The notes beneath the pieces were generated by a model. The model was not told where the DNA came from and ran no database searches. It saw only the letters and a program-made list of their open reading frames with translations. The translations under genes and the position numbers were made by a program. A DNA stretch of 20,000 nucleotides. Origin: an uncultured virus (IMG/VR IMGVR_UViG_3300044996_000613). Its lineage: Duplodnaviria > Heunggongvirae > Uroviricota > Caudoviricetes. Positions within the stretch are counted from its first letter, which is position 1, and each line of letters starts with the position of its first letter. Positions 1 through 6,300 of the stretch are shown here, one piece after another. Where the stretch lies: IMG/VR virus record IMGVR_UViG_3300044996_000613; one strand, written 5' to 3'.

Positions 1-85
1 CTCCCTGCTCGTGTTGGAACCACTCGCGGAAGTCACTTCCTCCGCCGGAAATCGAGACCCTGTATGGGGCAGACAGCAGACGCAT
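1..85 (-). CDS. GHMP-family sugar kinase, HddA-like (heptose-7-phosphate kinase type); N-terminal 28 codons only, runs off the left edge
   Basis: Manual translation from ATG at 85: MRLLSAPYRVSISGGGSDFREWFQHEQG. The ATG overlaps the epimerase stop (TAATG) and has GGAG 8 nt upstream. P-x-R-x-S-x-x-GGG-[ST]-D matches the N-terminal signature of HddA and related GHMP sugar kinases. Not in the ORF track. Confidence 0.8.
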   Translation of the reverse strand, partial: MRLLSAPYRVSISGGGSDFREWFQHEQG

Positions 86-1062
86 TAGCCGGTCTCCAGA
101 TAGGACTCGACGGCTGCTTCCACAGCATCGAGGATGTCGCGGCTCTCCAGTGGTTTGACACTGAAGAAGCCTGAAGTCCCCTTAGTATCCAGGAGCGTGT
201 GCATTACCTCACCCAAGACCAAGTTCGGGGTAGTGCGGACTTGGGGGGCTCCACGGCCGCGCTTGTGGAGGCTGTCGGCGACGAACAGAGCGATCTGTCG
301 ATTTGAGAAGTAGCCTCTCCCATCGCTACCGATGTTGAAGATCAGGTGCCCTCCTCCGTCCCTTCTCGACTTCGACAACTTGGTGGCGGCCTCCAAGATG
401 TGGTCTACCACATAGTCCACTGGGACATAATCGCGATACACCTCCCCGCCGCCTCTGAGGGCAATCTCCCCTGCACGGCGCCCCGTGGCCTGATTGACCA
501 GCAACGGGATCAGCCCCCTGCATCCGGCACCAACCACGTTCCCGAAGCGGAGCGAAATGGCGTGGGCGCCCGTGTCGTCGGCCCACAGGTCCAGCACCTT
601 CTCGCACATGTCCTTGGTGCAGCCGTATAGCCCACGAGGGGCGTTGTTTGGCGGGATACAGCAATTCTGGCAGTCACCATATACAGCCCCGCTCGAAGCA
701 AAAACCACGAATCGAGGCTGGATGTGCGTCAGGATGTTGATGGTGGCCTGGACATTTGATGCCACCATCTCAGTGGCCTGAGAGGTGTGGACTTCCACAA
801 CGGCTGATGCTGCCAGATGGATGACCGGGAGCCCGCGATAGCGCTCGGCGAGGTGGGCTACTTCCCCTTCATCCCGGAGATCAATCTGGAGAGGGGTATA
901 CGGAACCCCTGGCGTGGTGGGTTCCACCCTATCGAGACCGATCACCTGGTGTCTGCCCCAACCAGCTTCCTGCAGGCGCCTCGCTGTGTGCCTGCCAATG
1001 AAGCCACTAGTTCCTGTCACGATCATACTTGAACCAGACTCCGACTGATCCGTCAGGGCCAT
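85..1062 (-). CDS. NAD-dependent nucleotide-sugar epimerase/dehydratase (extended SDR)
   Basis: Motifs TGTSGFIG (GxxGxxG), HLAA, FASSGAVYG, YGCTK (YxxxK), LRFGNVVG, RDYV, FNIGS. Start placed at ATG 1062, which follows SD-like AAGGGGGT. Alternatives are GTG 1098 (track) and ATG 1026. Substrate cannot be determined. Confidence 0.92.
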   Translation of the reverse strand: MALTDQSESGSSMIVTGTSGFIGRHTARRLQEAGWGRHQVIGLDRVEPTTPGVPYTPLQIDLRDEGEVAHLAERYRGLPVIHLAASAVVEVHTSQATEMVASNVQATINILTHIQPRFVVFASSGAVYGDCQNCCIPPNNAPRGLYGCTKDMCEKVLDLWADDTGAHAISLRFGNVVGAGCRGLIPLLVNQATGRRAGEIALRGGGEVYRDYVPVDYVVDHILEAATKLSKSRRDGGGHLIFNIGSDGRGYFSNRQIALFVADSLHKRGRGAPQVRTTPNLVLGEVMHTLLDTKGTSGFFSVKPLESRDILDAVEAAVESYLETG

Positions 1063-2083
1063 CGAAGCTGACCCCCTTCTGTGTGGTCGGGGCCCCACGG
1101 AGGAGCCTCCAGGCCGTCATGATGTCGCGCGGGATGGAGAGCGTGTAGTGCTGCGGCAACGGGTTCTCATACTGGATCACGACGGGCGCCGGCTCTCCGA
1201 AGAAGCTCACTCGCCCTGCGGGGATGTTCCTGGGGATGGAAACAGCGGCCCCACGAACGTCAATGAGAGCCTGGCGCCCTTCCCAGATGTTGGCCGCCCT
1301 AGCCTTTGCGGCCTTGTGGTTCCTTGCCCACTCCTCAGCCTTGTGCATATCCGCTTTGGTCTTCTGCAGATCGTGCTGCCTAGCGATGTATGAGAAGAAA
1401 GGGATGTGGATGAAGCGGATGTCGTAGGCCGCCGCCAAGAGCCAGAAGTCGTAGTCTTCGGCTGATGACAAATCGCGCTGCCCGCCAAGCGCGTGGTACA
1501 TCCACGTGGGCATCATAGTGCTCTGGCAGAGCACACAACAGCCTGGCTGTAGCCTCTCATATGTTGCGGGGCCCTGGCTATCGAATGGGTGCATGCGGCC
1601 CAGTGGGTCCTGGACCCAACCGTTAGCGTGGACGATGGCGGATGCTGCCCCCCACGAGAGCGCACTGGCCGTTATCCCGATGCGACCGGGGAGCACCTTG
1701 TCGTCTGGGTCTAGCCAGCACACGTAGTCGCCATCGACCTTGGAGACGCCAAAGTTGCGCGCTAGCCCCAGAGGGAGGCCGGCATCCAGTCTGTAGATGG
1801 AGACCGCCCTAAATGACGACCTCGATTCGAACTCGTCCACCATGCGGCATAGTGACTCGTACTCCTCTGGGGATGATCCATTATCAATGAAGACAATCTC
1901 CGTTGCTGTCTTCTCTTCGTCATAAAGTGACGACAGGCTACTGAGAGCATCACCTAGATATGAAGAGTAGTTGTAGTAAGGCATGATGAGGCTGACCGTG
2001 GGGGAGTCCGGGGCCCACCGCAACAGAGAAGGGGCTCCAGCAGTAGCAGATGCACCACCGAAGAACATTACCTCAGTTCTCAC
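1007..2083 (-). CDS. Family 2 (GT-A fold) glycosyltransferase with C-terminal extension
   Basis: VSLIMPYYN, EIVFIDNGS, LGLARNFG, YVCWLDPDD (DxD) and AEDYDFWL are canonical GT2 motifs. GTG start at 2083 with AGGAG upstream, 1 nt after the upstream stop. No obvious transmembrane helices. Confidence 0.92.
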   Translation of the reverse strand: MRTEVMFFGGASATAGAPSLLRWAPDSPTVSLIMPYYNYSSYLGDALSSLSSLYDEEKTATEIVFIDNGSSPEEYESLCRMVDEFESRSSFRAVSIYRLDAGLPLGLARNFGVSKVDGDYVCWLDPDDKVLPGRIGITASALSWGAASAIVHANGWVQDPLGRMHPFDSQGPATYERLQPGCCVLCQSTMMPTWMYHALGGQRDLSSAEDYDFWLLAAAYDIRFIHIPFFSYIARQHDLQKTKADMHKAEEWARNHKAAKARAANIWEGRQALIDVRGAAVSIPRNIPAGRVSFFGEPAPVVIQYENPLPQHYTLSIPRDIMTAWRLLRGAPTTQKGVSFDGPDGSVGVWFKYDRDRN

Positions 2084-2084
2084 C

Positions 2085-3287
2085 CTACCTGCTCCTGACT
2101 CCGAAGATGCGGCCCCACACCTCGGTTCCCCGTAGATGCCACGGCTGTAACGTGCGTGGCTGCGCCCCGCACAACCCTACAGCGATCTCTGCCATTTCAT
2201 CTGTGTCCCCTTCCACAGCGCTCTTGCAGGTTGTGGAGGGGATCGCCCACAATGCGCTGTGGGCAGATGGCGGGATGACGGGAATGATGCCAGCCATGAG
2301 CGCCCCGAGCGCCAGGTCAGCTACCTCTTGGCTTGTGTCGGTCCCCACAAATACCCTGGCAGCCGGCAGGCTGATCGTCCCCACCTCGACCCTCCGAGCC
2401 TCAAGCCCTGCAGCCTGGATGCGGTTCGCCACACCACCGGACCCGGCGCCGCACACCACCACATCGCACGAGGAGCGGTCTCTGATGGAAGGCGTCGGGA
2501 CGGCGAACGCCGCCTCGGTCGTACTTGTGGTCAGCGCCATGGCGGCTGCTTCGATGCTACCGGATGTACATAGGCACAGAGGAGGCACAGACTGGATATG
2601 GCCCACGTCGTCTGCTAGCCATCGCCAGTGTGCTGCGTCCCCAGCGTCTGATTGGACGGGCATGGACAGGCGGTCGGCGACCCCCTGGGAAGCTCGGACG
2701 GCAAACCCCTGCGCCGACAGCCGCCTCATGTACAGGATGTTGCGCTCGGGGACACCGGCGATGGCGCTCATCTTGGATACGCGGATGGGGGGCAGCCCAG
2801 ATAGCTCAATGCTCCTACGCAACATGCTGCCTAGCTCTTCCCCAACAACAGCCCTGATGATGTTGGCTATTCTGTCGGCCAGTACCAGGCTACTGTCCAT
2901 GTTGCCATCTCGCCACCTGCTGTTGGGTCGCGGGTCGTCATCGAAGCTCTTGAGTTCGTCGGCCCACGGGCGACGCATAGGCTGGGCAACGAACATCTGG
3001 CGGCTCTTCCCAACCTGGATGATGCCTTCATCGTTGGTGATTGCGATGTGCGGGATACCGGCAACCTGAGCGTCTACTACCTTCAGGTCAAACCAACTCA
3101 ACATCTTCTCAATACAGGCACGCCGCGCCGGGTCAGTGTCGTAGAAGGACAGAGGGGCAATTGCCCGCGCCGGGAGGCTAGCAGACAGGGCAGCAGCCCG
3201 TTTCGCTAGAGTGCGATATGGGTCGTTGCCGAAGTCTGATTCGATGTGAAGAACGATGTCGCCTGTGATTTCCCTGGTATCTCCCAA
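2085..3287 (-). CDS. Hypothetical protein, probable divergent GT-B (GT4-like) glycosyltransferase
   Basis: 400-aa ORF with TTG start and AGGAGG 6 nt upstream. C-terminal RVFVGTDTSQEVADLALGALMAGIIPVIP...VEGDTDEMAEIA resembles the GT4 'E.FG...LEAMA.G.PVI...D...LA' region, but the second Glu is missing. Adjacent to the GT2. The CDS is solid; the function is tentative. Confidence 0.5.
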   Translation of the reverse strand: MGDTREITGDIVLHIESDFGNDPYRTLAKRAAALSASLPARAIAPLSFYDTDPARRACIEKMLSWFDLKVVDAQVAGIPHIAITNDEGIIQVGKSRQMFVAQPMRRPWADELKSFDDDPRPNSRWRDGNMDSSLVLADRIANIIRAVVGEELGSMLRRSIELSGLPPIRVSKMSAIAGVPERNILYMRRLSAQGFAVRASQGVADRLSMPVQSDAGDAAHWRWLADDVGHIQSVPPLCLCTSGSIEAAAMALTTSTTEAAFAVPTPSIRDRSSCDVVVCGAGSGGVANRIQAAGLEARRVEVGTISLPAARVFVGTDTSQEVADLALGALMAGIIPVIPPSAHSALWAIPSTTCKSAVEGDTDEMAEIAVGLCGAQPRTLQPWHLRGTEVWGRIFGVRSR

Positions 3288-3293
3288 AATGCC

Positions 3294-3299
3294 CCTCCT
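3294..3299 (-). promoter_or_regulatory. Shine-Dalgarno AGGAGG for the TTG start at 3287
   Basis: Minus strand reads TAGGAGGGGCATT-TTG. Confidence 0.75.
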
Positions 3300-3311
3300 A
3301 GCCGTAGAACG

Positions 3312-6300
3312 CTACCGCCATCCTTCACAAATCCAGTGAACCTTCACCTGCCAGTAGAGTGGGAAGCGGTAGAAGACGCTGAACTGGTTGGTGCTCTTAC
3401 CCCCCTCGTATATCTCGACAGTCTCCTCGTTCACCTCGATCTTGTTGCCCTCTAGACCTTCTACGGCAATCGTGACCCAACCGAAGTAGGCCGGCCAGTT
3501 GTATCCATAGTATAGGTACTCGTAGCCGTACCACCACTGATCGACGTAGTAGTCGGCGTCGTAGGCATAGTCGTAGTTGTCCCAGTAGCCGTAGTAGCCA
3601 TAGTAGGCTAGGTCGTATGGGTCTTCGTACTGGATTGCGTAGTACTGACCCCAGTCTTCATAAGGCCCGACGTATACGGCCTCGATGGCTAGCGTGATCC
3701 TGGACGGGGTGCAGGCCACTGGGACATTCACGACGGCCGAACTGTAGTCGGTGTCCACTGCCGATGCGTGGAAGCCAGTGCTGTCGGCCTGGGCGCTCCC
3801 ACTGCTGGGTGCGTATATGAATAGGTCTCCCTCGATGGTCACACTTCGTGCCCCTTCTGGGACGTAGGCCGGCTCGCCCCAGAATATTCCCCAGTTGTAG
3901 AGCACGGGAGTAGCCGATGCGTCTTCGGTCGCCAGTACGGCACGAACCTGCATCAGGGTGTCACCGCTCTCCCCGCTGACGCGGTTCAACTGGCCGGCGA
4001 TCATGGGGGCCCAAGTCGGGATGTCGTCCAGCGGATTGAGGCTGTATTGGAACGTGATCGACGTGTTGTCCGGCAGGTACATGTCAGCAAATAACACAAG
4101 CTGATCCCAGTAGGCCAGAGGTGAACTGGAGAGGATCGGGCCATACAGGATCAGTACGGTCCCACTGTCTCCAGTTAGCCAGTATGTCCCGAGCGATGGG
4201 TTGTCGGTGATCGACGGATAGGCTTTGCCGGTTGCCTCCACAACAGCACTGGGGCCGTTCCCACCGTAGCCGCTATTGAGCGTCGTGAGCAGTGGTGACT
4301 TCCCGGTTTCCGCGTACACAGAGGGGACCACCGACAGGTCGGTGTAGGATTCACTCTGTGTCACCACATGGAGGTCAAAGGCGTCGATGTTGCCTGTGAC
4401 GCCCGGTCCGGCGGCCACCCGCAAGACATAGGTCTTGTAGAGGCCGTTATTGTACTTCCCTGTGAGACCCTGGGCGACCGCCACTGTCTTCTGATATTCG
4501 TCAACATCAGATTGGTTGAGGCTGGAGATCAGCAGACCAGTATGCGCACTAGAGAACGATCCCAGTGTCCCCTGGTCGTCGTACTCAGCAATGGCAAACG
4601 CGACGGTGCCGAAGCTCGCGCTATCACGATAGACCATTGTGATCTTGGCTACTGGCCCCTGTAGGTAGAGGTAGTAGTAGCCGTTGGTGCCTTGGACGTA
4701 GATGTCGCCGCTGGCCTGAGCATCCCCGGTCTCCGTGTCGAACGAAACGGCCGTAGCGTAGTAGTCGTCAGCCGGATCGCCGTCAAGCAGGTCTTCAGCC
4801 TCATAGCGCACCACGCTGGTGGCCATGATGTCGATGTTCACCGTGTCGTGCTCAGTAATACCACCAGTGAGGTAGGCAGCCCCAGGCGCCGGATTGTCTT
4901 CCCATGTGGCTGAGGCCTTTGTGACGCTCGTGGCTACGTTGAGAATAGCAGACGACTCGTTGATGTGTGTCTCCAGGTCATCGTTGGGAGGGCTGAAACC
5001 ACCAGGGACATCGTTGGAGGCGATGGTCAGGTTATCGAACTCTTCGCTTGTTATGAGGACTGCTGTTGGGTTGCCATCGACATCGACCTCATACTGTTTG
5101 ATGGTCAACTTGACAGTTGTGTACTCCGTCCCGCCTCCAGCCAAGTAGCTCCAGTCGAGAGCTATTGGATTCATGTCTTCATCTTGCTGGGGATACGTCG
5201 GCCCCGTCATGTTGACAACGGTAACGAGCCTGGACCCGTCATCCGTATCGTTGATGAGGTTCTCGACCAGGATGTATGGCGTCTCCCACCCCAATGCCTC
5301 ATCGTCCTCGTTGACCGTCAGGTCGGAGAACACCTCGGATGCCAGGTAGCACTCAGCGAGGTCCCAGTACACATCTCCCTGTCCATTGCGCTTCAATTCC
5401 ATCCTCGCATAGTCCTCGGTAGCTGTGAAGCGAATGGCCATAAGGGTCCAGTCACAGTCGGCCGTGATCGACGTGGCGCTCTCTTCGTTCTTCAGAAGTA
5501 CAGGGGTGCCTTCTGATACGCCGTCGTAAGGGATGATGCTCGCTGTTACCGTGCAGGCCACTAGACTCTGTGCCCGCACCATCACGTAGGCCACGTAGTC
5601 CCGGCCAACGATGGTGGAGAACTCGTCGCACTTGTAGATTCCAATGTTGGCAGCCCCCGCCGAACTCAGGGCCGAGCGCGTGGAGTCGAGCACCAGCGCA
5701 TTTTGCTCGTTGTACTCTCCATCATCCGGAGACCCACCGACCGTGTAGGACCACCCCACTGGTTGTGTCTTGCCGCCAACGGTCCCCCACGACTCGAACG
5801 ACGGGTTATCAATCAGGTTGTCCAGCAGTGCTTCATCGTGCGGGAGAGGGTCGCTCTGCTCGGAATCGCCGTATACCTTCAACATGGCGACGGGGGCCGC
5901 AGCCGACAGGGTGATGCGGAAGCCGTAGCAGTCCACCTCCCCTCCGGGAATGCGGAGCATGATCCACCCCATCTTGGCTGTAGCTGTACGGACAGTAGTG
6001 TAGGCCCCCACCGCATCTTTGGTCTCTAAGGTGACCGTCACATCGTCGTAGGTGTATCCGCCTACAGATGACGGGATGAAGACTGAAACACCAGTAGTCG
6101 CAAGGGGTGGGGACACATAGTCTACGGTGACCCACGGGCTATCATCGGTCGCCAACCAATAGGTGCTCTTGTCGGAGTCCACCAGGTTGCTGGCGTCTCC
6201 TGGCTCTGACGATACCCCGACAGTCTCTATGGCTATGGGGATTTCAGAGAAGAACGGTAGCATGTGCCCGTCCTCGACCTCCAGGTCGAACGGGTCGGTG

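Noticed and set aside
2050..3069. 339-aa plus-strand ORF (likewise 7002..8048 and the other short track ORFs)
   Set aside because: Almost entirely antisense to, or out of frame within, better-supported genes; no recognisable motifs.
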